Positions 49,568 through 58,394 of a stretch of DNA of 64,000 nucleotides are shown here, in pieces (within the stretch, counting starts at the first letter, position 1; each line of letters opens with the position of its first letter). The stretch is from a virus. The position numbers and the translations under genes are program-made. Where the stretch lies: the UHGV virus genome UHGV-0039337, one strand, 5' to 3'. The notes under the pieces were generated by a model. That model saw only the letters and a program-made list of their open reading frames with translations, had not been told where the DNA came from and ran no database searches.

Positions 49568-50158
49568 TTATATTTTTCTCATAATCATTTTAATCGCTTT
49601 AAATACAACTATACCTACTATTAAATTAATTACTATAGCTGGAAGTACAACTGATGCATATAATATAGTTAAATTCATATTTCCTGGAAGACCTACTAAT
49701 ATTTGTGCTGATGTTAAAAATACAAAACCACTAATCGCAGTACCAATAATCATTAATATATTTGAAACAACTAAATCTTGATTCTTTTGTGACAATTTTT
49801 TCATAAAAGGAAGCTTATATATAAACATCATAATTACAAAAATTAAATTCGTTGTAATAAATTTGTCTATAACATTTGGTACTTGACCTCCTGGAAATGA
49901 AGTTGTTATGGCTGAAAATATACCAACTACTATTCCACATGCTAAGCAAGTTTTATAACTATCTTTATTTAATATCATAACTGTAAACAACATTATTAAA
50001 GTCATATCAGGTTTTACACCAAATATAGCAGGTTCAATCTGGTGTAAAACTAAACCTATTCCTAAAAGGACTGAATTTAAAACTAATTTTTTCGTATTCA
50101 TTTTAATCTCTCCTATATTTCTCTTAATATTCTTTCTCCTATATAACAAAATAAGCAA
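49568..50158 (-). CDS. polytopic membrane protein (transporter S-component-like, about 6 TM)
   Basis: Six hydrophobic helices; flanked by the Cys-rich family genes. Confidence 0.45.
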   Translation of the reverse strand: MLILLYRRKNIKRNIGEIKMNTKKLVLNSVLLGIGLVLHQIEPAIFGVKPDMTLIMLFTVMILNKDSYKTCLACGIVVGIFSAITTSFPGGQVPNVIDKFITTNLIFVIMMFIYKLPFMKKLSQKNQDLVVSNILMIIGTAISGFVFLTSAQILVGLPGNMNLTILYASVVLPAIVINLIVGIVVFKAIKMIMRKI

Positions 50159-50433
50159 GGCATAAAACCATATTTCTTAATTTTGTCACAATCAGCACAT
50201 AGATTATTGCATGTTTTCTTCCATTCATTTAACTGGTTTAAATAATAGTTTATAGTATATTGATTTGCTCCAAATGTTTTCATTAATAGATATAATGTAG
50301 TACAATATATGTTATCTTCCGGTATGTTATATTCATTTGCAAATTTTTGTATATTACATACATTACAATTTCCATTTATTCCATTACAATAAGCTCTAGC
50401 TTCTTTGGCTATTTCTTCTAATATTTGTTTCAT
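50113..50433 (-). CDS. Cys-rich small protein, family member
   Basis: CNGINGNCNVCNIQKFANEYNIPEDNIYCTTLYLLMKTFG. Confidence 0.5.
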   Translation of the reverse strand: MKQILEEIAKEARAYCNGINGNCNVCNIQKFANEYNIPEDNIYCTTLYLLMKTFGANQYTINYYLNQLNEWKKTCNNLCADCDKIKKYGFMPCLFCYIGERILREI

Positions 50434-50528
50434 GTAATCACTCCTTATTTATATAAAACCCAAGCCAGGCGGAGGGCAAAGCCCATATGCCAGCGCAGCG
50501 CTAATAGGGGCGTAAATAAAAATGTCTT

Positions 50529-50864
50529 TTATATTTCTTTACATAAATTATTTGCTACAAAACAAGTAAAACATAACATCTTATTACTTAAATCTTTATT
50601 AATACATACACTACAATGATCAATATCAATATTATCAATCCATAATTTATATTGTTCTTTATAGTATTGAACAGAACCTTCACTTATACCTAATAAACAC
50701 ATTATAATGTATATAGTCTTACAGTTTGCATTATAACTTATGTTATATTCTTTTTCAATCTTTGTTATAATACAGTCTTCACATATACCACTATACATAT
50801 TTATACACATGTCATCTAGTTTATCACATAGTCCGTATATCATGTTTATATCTTCTATGGTCAT
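50529..50864 (-). CDS. Cys-rich small protein, family member
   Basis: CINMYSGICEDCIITKIEKEYNISYNANCKTIYIIMCLLG. Confidence 0.5.
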   Translation of the reverse strand: MTIEDINMIYGLCDKLDDMCINMYSGICEDCIITKIEKEYNISYNANCKTIYIIMCLLGISEGSVQYYKEQYKLWIDNIDIDHCSVCINKDLSNKMLCFTCFVANNLCKEI

Positions 50865-50883
50865 ATATTAATTCTCCTTTATA

Positions 50884-51483
50884 TTATCTTTCAAAACCAC
50901 ATGAATTACATGTACCCATATAAAACAATAGGTTTTCATCTTTTAGATTATAATGTTCAATATAAGAATAAGCACCACAATTAGGACATTTAATATTTTT
51001 AATATGAACTATATTAGGATCAGGATCCATATCATTCTTAATATCACCAATAGGTGTTATTGTATTGTTACTACTATCGTTATTATTATCATTGTTACTA
51101 GAACTATTATTTTCTGTATTATAATCATTATATTCTCTACATTCTTCTCTGTTGTTTTCATCTGCTATTGTTTCTTCTGTTTCATATACTTCTTCGTTAT
51201 CATTGGCCTCTTCTTCAACTTCGTTATTATCAGATACAATATCATTATCATCTGTATCAGTATTATAACTATTTATTATATTGTTGTTAATAGTAGTACT
51301 GTTATCATAATATTTATTGTTATAATTATTATTAATTACTGTAGTGTTTTTATTATCGCTTTCATTAATAGCCTTTTCTAATCTATCTGTTGATTCATTT
51401 GTTACATTACTTCCTACTAATGTACACAGCAATAAGATAAATATAATTGCTGCTACACAAGATATAAAGAACTTATTTCTCAT
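50884..51483 (-). CDS. membrane-anchored Asn/Asp-rich low-complexity protein with C-terminal zinc ribbon
   Basis: N-terminal TM; long N/D/S-rich segment; CPNCG...CNSCG. Confidence 0.5.
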   Translation of the reverse strand: MRNKFFISCVAAIIFILLLCTLVGSNVTNESTDRLEKAINESDNKNTTVINNNYNNKYYDNSTTINNNIINSYNTDTDDNDIVSDNNEVEEEANDNEEVYETEETIADENNREECREYNDYNTENNSSSNNDNNNDSSNNTITPIGDIKNDMDPDPNIVHIKNIKCPNCGAYSYIEHYNLKDENLLFYMGTCNSCGFER

Positions 51484-51496
51484 AAAAATACACTCC

Positions 51497-51808
51497 CTAT
51501 TTATTTATGAGCTCATCAAGCTTATCTAATATTTCTATATCTAGTCTCTGCTTTTTTTCAAGCTCATTACGTAATTGGGTCAACTTCTCTTTAACCATAT
51601 CTTCTGATACATTATCTGTAGTTTTACTATTATTGTTATTATTATATATATGTATCTCTGGTTGTTTAGATTCAATAGTATTAGAGGACGATTTCTCGTC
51701 CCCTTTACTTACTACAACTAAAGCACATATACATATTATAAATGCTATAGATAATATTAAAGACTCTATTAACATATGTGTATTCACATCCTTATTCAAG
51801 CTCTTCAT
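51497..51808 (-). CDS. membrane-anchored hypothetical protein (103 aa)
   Basis: TM plus coiled coil. Confidence 0.45.
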   Translation of the reverse strand: MKSLNKDVNTHMLIESLILSIAFIICICALVVVSKGDEKSSSNTIESKQPEIHIYNNNNNSKTTDNVSEDMVKEKLTQLRNELEKKQRLDIEILDKLDELINK

Positions 51809-52274
51809 CTATAGATTCTTTTAATAGTGTATTTATCTTTTCTTTAAATTCTTCTTCTGTTATTGCGCCTCTTCTAAAATCATATCTAAGCTTATTTAAT
51901 GCACTAGTCATCTTTTGAGTAAAGTTCATAGTATCATCTGTATTATCTATTGTTTCAACTGAAGTATTTACTGTCTTCTTATCTTTTTTAAATAGTCTAC
52001 CAATAGCTTCTGTAAGTGTTTTCTTTTTATTGTATTCGGCCTCTAATGTCTCACATTCTTTTTCTAATGTTTCTTTTCGTAAATATTCTTGTCTCATAAG
52101 TTCTTGTAATGCAATAATATTGTTCTCTGTATCTTCTATGTCTGCTTTCTTTTGTGCTATTTTATTTAATAGCCCTTTGCTTACTTCTACATTTCTTTCA
52201 GTTTGTTTTTCTAATGCTTTTTTATCATTTTCAAAATTTACTATCATACTCATATCTCCTTGTTTAAAGTCCAT
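51792..52274 (-). CDS. coiled-coil hypothetical protein (160 aa)
   Basis: ORF. The conserved upstream box precedes its RBS. Confidence 0.5.
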   Translation of the reverse strand: MDFKQGDMSMIVNFENDKKALEKQTERNVEVSKGLLNKIAQKKADIEDTENNIIALQELMRQEYLRKETLEKECETLEAEYNKKKTLTEAIGRLFKKDKKTVNTSVETIDNTDDTMNFTQKMTSALNKLRYDFRRGAITEEEFKEKINTLLKESIDEELE

Positions 52275-52284
52275 AAGACTGTTA
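52263..52284 (-). promoter_or_regulatory. conserved pre-RBS box copy 1 (minus strand AACAGTCTTATGGACTTTAAA)
   Basis: Matches consensus TAGTC-N4-GACTTTAAA immediately upstream of AAGGAG-ATG of 51792-52274. Confidence 0.5.
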
Positions 52285-52375
52285 TTTATTTAAGCCCGGT
52301 AATCCCAGGGTAAAGCTCTCCACAGAAGTCGCAGTGTGCGCGCGAATAAACCTTTTTACCTATTATTTGTTACAT

Positions 52376-52402
52376 AAAAAAAAGAGCGCTATTAAAACGC
52401 TC
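52376..52402 (-). terminator. rho-independent terminator GAGCG-TTTTAATAG-CGCTC plus T8 (minus strand)
   Basis: Minus strand reads ATGAGCGTTTTAATAGCGCTCTTTTTTTTATG, just downstream of 52413-53117. Confidence 0.65.
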
Positions 52403-52412
52403 ATATATTATT

Positions 52413-53117
52413 CTATTGATCGTCTGTTAATACTTTATTGTTATTATCGCTATTATCATTTGCTTCTTCATTATCGTTTACATCTTCGTTATTGTTTGTA
52501 TTTTCTTCGCTATCGCTATTACTATTATCATCATCGTTATTTAAAGCACTATAACAGATCCAACAGTAAGGATAACAGTTATCATCGTAATAAGCACTGG
52601 CGCCACAATTACAACATTTATAATCGTATTCTTCTTCTTCATTATTATCTTCTTCTTCATTTTCACTACCAGGATAACCACAATAAGGACAACCATATAT
52701 ATCAGGATCATCAATTAATCCATATCTATTACATTGAGGGCAAGTATAAGCATCAACATGACATGTTCTATGATGTATAGTACCATCACATTCACACATT
52801 TCACGGCCACTTACTCTTTTACCACATATACTACATATATTATTGTATGTATCGTCGTCGCTTCGCTCCTCCTCCTCTTCTTTCTTCTTTGTCTTATCAG
52901 TAGATTTCTCTTCAGTATTATTATTAGTATTATGTTTCTTACTACTATCACGTTTAATTTTCTTTTGTTCTTTATATTTCTTATATACTATATTATTCTT
53001 ATGTATAGCATCATTATCATTATCGTTAGCAAATAACATATATCCTGCCATAAATGCTCCAATGCATAATATAGTTATTAATATTAATGCTAGTATTGCT
53101 TTTAATAGTTTTCTCAT
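52413..53117 (-). CDS. membrane-anchored protein with multiple CxxC zinc-ribbon pairs and acidic/Asn-rich low-complexity tails
   Basis: N-terminal TM; CSICGK...CPQCN...CPYCG...CCNCG. Confidence 0.5.
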   Translation of the reverse strand: MRKLLKAILALILITILCIGAFMAGYMLFANDNDNDAIHKNNIVYKKYKEQKKIKRDSSKKHNTNNNTEEKSTDKTKKKEEEEERSDDDTYNNICSICGKRVSGREMCECDGTIHHRTCHVDAYTCPQCNRYGLIDDPDIYGCPYCGYPGSENEEEDNNEEEEYDYKCCNCGASAYYDDNCYPYCWICYSALNNDDDNSNSDSEENTNNNEDVNDNEEANDNSDNNNKVLTDDQ

Positions 53118-53604
53118 AAATATTCCTCCCCCGTTATATTCATTTAAAACTCGTTATTTCGAAGTATTTCTTGTATTATTCGTTATAAAGCTTATTTACT
53201 GCGTATTATTATTTGTACTAGCTATTTAATGCGTATGTGATATATATATTAAAGATATTGAAAAACTGTGATATATAACCATTTATTATTGTTTAATGCA
53301 TGTTTTTACAAAACGAAGCATGTAATACATAGTTTATATATGTTATTATCTGTTTATTAGGTATATATTAGCTGCATAGAGTAGGTGCTGCTCCAAAAAT
53401 TATTAATTTTTTACTGTTTTCACAAAACAATGCTTTGTTATCATCATAAGTAACATATTTTTTTACTTATTCTGTGTGAAAATACTCAAAAGCAGTTCAA
53501 AACTTACTCTTTTTTACTGTTTTGGGTACAAGCACCTGTTATATAGCCTCGCTTCGCTCGGCTTACTCAGTCGCCGGGGCCCCTACCCCGGCTCCTTCGT
53601 CGCC

Positions 53605-53763
53605 TTATTCATCGTCATCATCATTTTCTGATACAGTCCCTCCAAATAGCCATCCTTTTGATTCTATAAAGTCAATAAATGCATCAGTAAACTCTTCTTC
53701 TGTTACATTTTTATTTATATTTTCACTGAATATAGTGCCATTAATAGTTATTATTTTAGCCAT
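53605..53763 (-). CDS. small acidic protein (52 aa, MAKIITINGTIF...SENDDDDE)
   Basis: Not in the ORF track (<60 aa). GGAGG RBS 7 nt upstream. The conserved box precedes the RBS. A GC-rich perfect hairpin follows the stop. Confidence 0.5.
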   Translation of the reverse strand: MAKIITINGTIFSENINKNVTEEEFTDAFIDFIESKGWLFGGTVSENDDDDE

Positions 53764-53779
53764 AATCAAAACCTCCACA

Positions 53780-53800
53780 TTTAAAGTCCAAAGACTATTA
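53780..53800 (-). promoter_or_regulatory. conserved pre-RBS box copy 2 (TAATAGTCTTTGGACTTTAAA)
   Basis: Upstream of GGAGG-ATG of the 53605-53763 gene. Confidence 0.5.
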
Positions 53801-53886
53801 TTTAGTGTTTTGCTTTAATATTTAAAGCTAAGGGTTTATATTTTCCATAGGGAAACACTTAAATCTTTTTGAAGTCACTTTATTTA

Positions 53887-54078
53887 TTAAAGTTGGCTGT
53901 ATAATCTTATGTTCTCCATGTCTATTAATGATTCAACACGTGCTAACTCTGATTCTAGTATTTCTATCCTTTCGGCCTTTTCGCCATTAGTTGTTGCTCT
54001 TAATATCATATCTTTAAGATCAGATCTTCTTATGAATAAACTTTGTAATCTTTCACTCATAATGAGTCCCTCCCCCAT
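53887..54078 (-). CDS. hypothetical protein (63 aa)
   Basis: ORF. Confidence 0.4.
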   Translation of the reverse strand: MGEGLIMSERLQSLFIRRSDLKDMILRATTNGEKAERIEILESELARVESLIDMENIRLYSQL

Positions 54079-54097
54079 AACACTATAATAAATACTA

Positions 54098-54310
54098 TTA
54101 GCTATCGTATTCCATATATTCTTCAGTTACTGAATAGAGATGCCAATCTCCATTATTGTCTTTGTTGCATGATTCAAAAGTCATGTGTATTTGTATATTA
54201 TCATAGTCGTTAACGATAGTTGCTACTGCTTTGTTGTCTTCAGGAAATACGTCAATAAAATCTGCTCTTACAGGCATTTCATCTTTCCAATATAGTTTCA
54301 TATAAATCAC
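54098..54310 (-). CDS. hypothetical protein (70 aa)
   Basis: ORF. Confidence 0.4.
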   Translation of the reverse strand: MIYMKLYWKDEMPVRADFIDVFPEDNKAVATIVNDYDNIQIHMTFESCNKDNNGDWHLYSVTEEYMEYDS

Positions 54311-54321
54311 CGTTCCTTTCT

Positions 54322-54594
54322 TTATTGCATATACATGTCAAAGTATAAATCTTTTAATTCGTCATAAGCTTCTCTTACTAGATCAACTCCTGGGTTGTCT
54401 CCATATTCGTCTTCTAAGTCAAATGCTTCTGCAAAGCTGTTATTATTTATTTCTAGTAGACATTCAGTTGCGCCTATAATAAACTCTAATGTTGCACCTA
54501 TGTCTATGTTGCTATTATTTGCGTCGTTATTTGTTAATGCATAGTCTAATTCCAATATAGTATTATATAATTCATTTTTAAATTTATTATCCAT
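54322..54594 (-). CDS. acidic hypothetical protein (90 aa)
   Basis: ORF preceded by conserved box and GGAGG. Confidence 0.45.
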   Translation of the reverse strand: MDNKFKNELYNTILELDYALTNNDANNSNIDIGATLEFIIGATECLLEINNNSFAEAFDLEDEYGDNPGVDLVREAYDELKDLYFDMYMQ

Positions 54595-54609
54595 AACATG
54601 AACCTCCAG

Positions 54610-54631
54610 TTTAAAGTCACAAGGACTATTA
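54610..54631 (-). promoter_or_regulatory. conserved pre-RBS box copy 3 (TAATAGTCCTTGTGACTTTAAA)
   Basis: Upstream of CTGGAGG-ATG of 54322-54594. Confidence 0.5.
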
Positions 54632-54843
54632 TATATTTAAGCTCATAGTTTTGTCGTCTATTTCATAACCGTTGCATTTTAGTTTAAGTGCTATTAATTT
54701 ACCTTCATCATCTAATTGTGTTCCTTCACATTGATATATGTTTCCACTTATTTCTCCGTCAAATGTATAAATATACGTAGCGTATTCTCCTATATACGTA
54801 GTATCTATTAAAGCACTTTTATTTCCAGTTAATTTTTTCATAT
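54629..54843 (-). CDS. hypothetical protein (71 aa; start at internal ATG 54843 after GGAGG, track ORF longer)
   Basis: MKKLTGNKSALIDTTYIG... Confidence 0.45.
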
Positions 54844-54854
54844 AATACCTCCAG

Positions 54855-54874
54855 TTTAAAGTCCTTCGACTATA
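54855..54874 (-). promoter_or_regulatory. conserved pre-RBS box copy 4 (TATAGTCGAAGGACTTTAAA)
   Basis: Upstream of CTGGAGG-ATG of 54629-54843. Confidence 0.5.
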
Positions 54875-54886
54875 TAGTATAATGGA

Positions 54887-54914
54887 TAGGGGCTTTTTAA
54901 TGGATAAACCCCTA
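54887..54914 (-). terminator. terminator-like hairpin TAGGGG-(CTTTTTAATGGATAAA)-CCCCTA followed by AGAACCATTTA box, copy 1
   Basis: Immediately 3' of the stop of 54923-55873. Stem covaries with copies 2 and 3 while the loop is conserved. Confidence 0.45.
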
Positions 54915-54922
54915 AGAACCAT

Positions 54923-55873
54923 TTAGAATTCAAAAGTAAATGAATCGTTTTTGTTTTGTCTTCCATATTGTACTGCTAATTTAGCACAGTTAGATTTAAT
55001 TGTATTTAATTGTTCACAATGTGGTAAATCTGCTTGTACTAATGCGCCAGTTATTTCACCTGCTAATGTCATACCGCTTTTAGCTGTTGCAGTAACACCG
55101 CTTCCTATTACTAGACCGCCTACTTTAGCTGCAAGGTCCATACCTGGTGCTACTATTCCGTCTAATGCCATCTTAGTAGTAGCATAGCCAGCAGTTGAAG
55201 CATTAGATACGAATTTACTCATTTTATCAGATGCTTTCTTAACTTTAGAAGCTTTCTTTAAGTTAGACATTTGTTGGCCGTCTAAGTTAAATAATGCGAT
55301 ACAGTATCCTAGCATTTGTGGAGTATTAGCATTTAATGGTTCTTGTACGATCATTAATTGACTATTTTCTCCTTCTGTAGGTATGTTTGCAACTCTGATT
55401 ACGTTTTCTATTATATGGTTGACTTGTTTTTCATTCTTTAGTTTTCCTAAATAAGCAGTACCTTTTAATACAGATGCGTTTGAAGGAAGAACCTCAAATG
55501 ATTTATTATTTTCATCTGCGAATACATTTTGTAATAATCCTGCTTTCATTCTATGAGTTAATAGTCCTTCTACTAGTATGAATTGTGTCATGTCAGCACT
55601 TAGTTGTTGTATTGACCATTTAATACAATTGTCATTAGTTTCAAAGAAAACGTTATCTGGATTTACTGCTTGTGCTAGTCCAAATATGTTTTTTGCTATT
55701 TCTGCTATTGTATTTGTGTCTTCGCTATATAAGAATCTGTCATAAGTTACAAGTATTTTGTTTTCTTCTTCTTCGTTAGCTTTTTCAGCTTTTTCTAGTT
55801 CTTCTTCTGTTACAAATTGACTCATGTCAAAGTCTACTGAATTATTATTCATATTATTCATTTTTTCACTCAT
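54923..55873 (-). CDS. hypothetical virion-module protein (316 aa; Gly/Ala/Thr-rich C-terminal half)
   Basis: ORF preceded by conserved box; relatively GC-rich. Confidence 0.55.
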   Translation of the reverse strand: MSEKMNNMNNNSVDFDMSQFVTEEELEKAEKANEEEENKILVTYDRFLYSEDTNTIAEIAKNIFGLAQAVNPDNVFFETNDNCIKWSIQQLSADMTQFILVEGLLTHRMKAGLLQNVFADENNKSFEVLPSNASVLKGTAYLGKLKNEKQVNHIIENVIRVANIPTEGENSQLMIVQEPLNANTPQMLGYCIALFNLDGQQMSNLKKASKVKKASDKMSKFVSNASTAGYATTKMALDGIVAPGMDLAAKVGGLVIGSGVTATAKSGMTLAGEITGALVQADLPHCEQLNTIKSNCAKLAVQYGRQNKNDSFTFEF

Positions 55874-55891
55874 AATTATATCCTTTCATGA

Positions 55892-55912
55892 TTTAAAGTC
55901 TCTCGACTATTA
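55892..55912 (-). promoter_or_regulatory. conserved pre-RBS box copy 5 (TAATAGTCGAGAGACTTTAAA)
   Basis: Upstream of AAAGGA-ATG of 54923-55873. Confidence 0.5.
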
Positions 55913-56006
55913 TTTATTATTATTTATAGTAGCGCTCAAGCGCGTGTTATCAAAAAATAGTCCCAGTGTGAAAGGGGGTATGGTGAACACTGAGACTTAA
56001 AATGGG

Positions 56007-56033
56007 CAGAGGCTTTTAATGGATGAACCTCTG
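56007..56033 (-). terminator. terminator hairpin CAGAGG-(CTTTTAATGGATGAA)-CCTCTG plus AGAACCATTTA box, copy 2; minus strand followed by CCCATTTT
   Basis: Downstream of the stop of 56058-56834. Confidence 0.5.
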
Positions 56034-56057
56034 AGAACCATTTATACTAAATCCTAA

Positions 56058-56834
56058 TTAGATTAAATCTGCTATATCAGATGCAACTTTAGGTTGTTCT
56101 TCTTCTTCTGCGCTTTCAGTTTGTCCAGCATTTGCTAATGTTCTTGCTATCATAGATTGTAGTTTTGCTATTTTCTTTTCTAGTTTAGCTTCAACTTCTT
56201 CATCTTCTGCGTCCAATAATTCATCTTCAGCTTTTGCAAGTTTAGCTTTTAATTCTGCTACTCTAGCTTTATCTTCATCTGACATTTTAGGTTTAGAAGC
56301 TTTAGTAGTTGCTATAGCACCATTGCCTCTAACAGCATTTGCTATTTCAGCTTTTAATGCTTTCCATGCTGGGTCCACTACTTCTCTGTCTGCTTTAGAC
56401 ATATTTCTGTCTGCTACTAGCTCAACATTAGCATATTTAGTTGCCATTAGTTTCATGATATGAGCATATGCTTCCAATCTTTCTTTAGGCATATCTTCAC
56501 CGCTAGTAACTGATTTGCCTGTTCTAATGTAGTCTATAAAAGAACCTGTTGCTATACCACTTATAACTCTAGGTAAGACAACTCTAACTGGTTTTTCTAC
56601 AAGTTCATCTGTATTGTCTGGTATAGATTCTAGTAAATCTGTTAATGCTTCTATACAACTGTCTACTACTGAATCATTTTGATACATACAAGATATATCA
56701 GAACCGTTAGTACATAATACTATACCTTTTTCTCCTACTATTGCAACAGTATTTCTTTCTATTTTTGCTTTTAATCCGTTTCCATTACCGTTACCTTTAA
56801 CACTTGATAATTTAACTCCTGATAATTTAGCCAT
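56058..56834 (-). CDS. hypothetical virion-module protein with Ala/Lys/Glu-rich coiled-coil C-terminus (scaffold-like)
   Basis: ORF; GC-richer codon usage; C-terminal AELKAKLAKAEDELLDAEDEEVEAKLEKKIAKLQSMI. Confidence 0.55.
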   Translation of the reverse strand: MAKLSGVKLSSVKGNGNGNGLKAKIERNTVAIVGEKGIVLCTNGSDISCMYQNDSVVDSCIEALTDLLESIPDNTDELVEKPVRVVLPRVISGIATGSFIDYIRTGKSVTSGEDMPKERLEAYAHIMKLMATKYANVELVADRNMSKADREVVDPAWKALKAEIANAVRGNGAIATTKASKPKMSDEDKARVAELKAKLAKAEDELLDAEDEEVEAKLEKKIAKLQSMIARTLANAGQTESAEEEEQPKVASDIADLI

Positions 56835-56960
56835 AATAAACCTTCCTTTCTTGATAGCTCGTCGGGTACCATTTTATTTTATTTATTTTTAAACCGACTC
56901 AAACGCTAATCAATAGCACTCGTGAGTTTGCTACACAAGAGTAGACCAAATCCCATAAGT

Positions 56961-57220
56961 ACCAAAAAAAGAGTCTTTGTTGAGCCGACAGCGCTCATGA
57001 CCGCATGAGCGACAGTGACCCATAAAAGACAAAAAAATAATCCTTGTTGTACGACAGTACATAAGGACGACAGTCCGCGACCCCGAAGGGGGACCACGGA
57101 CACGGGTCTAAGACCCAATTTAAGACAAAAAAAGAATCCTTGTTGCCGACAGGCGACAAAGACAGTATAAGAATGCTGAAAAAGCTTGTGTCCGACAGGA
57201 GGGACCCCCGAAGGGGGTAT
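56961..57220 (-). repeat. GC-rich non-coding region with 3-4 direct repeat units (A7-GArTCyTTGTTG...CGACAG) and several stable hairpins including two CCCCC-UUCG-GGGGG tetraloop hairpins on the minus-strand transcript
   Basis: Units begin at about 56964, 57031, 57127 and 57177. CGACAG occurs 7 times. UUCG hairpins at 57079-57095 and 57202-57218. Confidence 0.5.
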
Positions 57221-57259
57221 AGCACTGAACAGTACTCATAAAATATCACCCTCCTCTTA

Positions 57260-58378
57260 CTAATACAAGCTGCTTATATCAGCAGTTGTAGCGTCTTCTA
57301 CAGCTGATTTACTAGAGTTGTCAGTATTATTTGTAGCTTCATTCTTAGTTGCCACTTTTCTGTAGTATGCAGAGCTTAATTTTTCAAATTGTTCACATAC
57401 TGCGTCATATAATAAGCCTACATTGTTTACTAATGTCTCAGTGTCATATCCTTTAGATGGTGTGCTTTCAAAAGGTTTTTTGCTAAAGATATAGTTATAA
57501 TTTCTCCAGAATACTTCTTGGTCTCTTCTTACTATAAAAGCATGACCATTAGTATAACCTTTTGCTATTATGTCTGTATCTTTATCGCTATCAGTTGCTT
57601 CTGGTGTCAAATAGATATAAGCGCCTTGATGTAATGCTCCTAAATATTGTCTACCACTAAAACCGCCAAAATCAGGATGGTCTATTACGCTGTCATACAT
57701 TGTTAATTCTTTAGGAGATATTTCTTTTACAGCATTTCTTATTAGTTCTCTAGCTTCTTTTAATGATGCTGCGCCTTCTACGCCATATACTACTGGCATG
57801 TCTAATTCATTAGACCAGTGGAAGTTTCTGATATAATTATTTAATCTTATTTGCCCATACCATAGATGTTTATTATCCTTTCTTTTTTCTACGAATAATA
57901 CAGCGTCATCTCCTTCTTGTGGTCCACATTTTATTAGTTTTTTCGCATCACTAACCTTATAGTTAGTTTTAGGAGCTTGTTTAGGTTCATTGTGGAATTT
58001 ATCTGTAACTTCATATTCATCTTCTTCAAATAATTCCCAGCTGTCTCCACATTCTAAGCATACTACTTCTCCGCCTTTTCTGTATTGTTCAGTTTCTTTG
58101 TTGCAACTTCCGCAATATGATAATACTACTTGTTGTTCTTTAATGTCTTTTCCTAATATAGTATTGCTAGTTTTTGTTTCTTTAGGTTCATCTTTAGTTG
58201 TAGGTATTTCTTTAACAGTTTCAACTGGTTTAACTTCTGCTGTAGTCATTCCCATTATGTCATTTAATACTCTTAATTGTTCTTTTATATTTGCTTCTAA
58301 TGCTTTGTATAATTCAACCTTAAATTCTATACCACTTTCTAATACTTTGTTCATTAAATTCATTTCAGATTTATTCAT
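57260..58378 (-). CDS. hypothetical virion-module protein with internal zinc ribbon (372 aa)
   Basis: CGSCNKE...CLECG; preceded by conserved box and GGAGG. Confidence 0.55.
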   Translation of the reverse strand: MNKSEMNLMNKVLESGIEFKVELYKALEANIKEQLRVLNDIMGMTTAEVKPVETVKEIPTTKDEPKETKTSNTILGKDIKEQQVVLSYCGSCNKETEQYRKGGEVVCLECGDSWELFEEDEYEVTDKFHNEPKQAPKTNYKVSDAKKLIKCGPQEGDDAVLFVEKRKDNKHLWYGQIRLNNYIRNFHWSNELDMPVVYGVEGAASLKEARELIRNAVKEISPKELTMYDSVIDHPDFGGFSGRQYLGALHQGAYIYLTPEATDSDKDTDIIAKGYTNGHAFIVRRDQEVFWRNYNYIFSKKPFESTPSKGYDTETLVNNVGLLYDAVCEQFEKLSSAYYRKVATKNEATNNTDNSSKSAVEDATTADISSLY

Positions 58379-58394
58379 AAAAACCTCCTAGCAC

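Noticed and set aside
50440-50520. Short GC-rich element (GGGCAAAGCCC, AGCGCAGCGCT) between two Cys-rich family genes as an sRNA or terminator
   Set aside because: Stems are only 4-5 bp and no clear T-run. Too weak to call a feature; noted only as context.
56906-57249. ORFs 56906-57118 and 56995-57249 in the GC-rich island
   Set aside because: They overlap each other and coincide with tandem repeats and UUCG hairpins. Their composition (R/S/P/C-rich) is unlike all other genes. Better explained as structured non-coding sequence.
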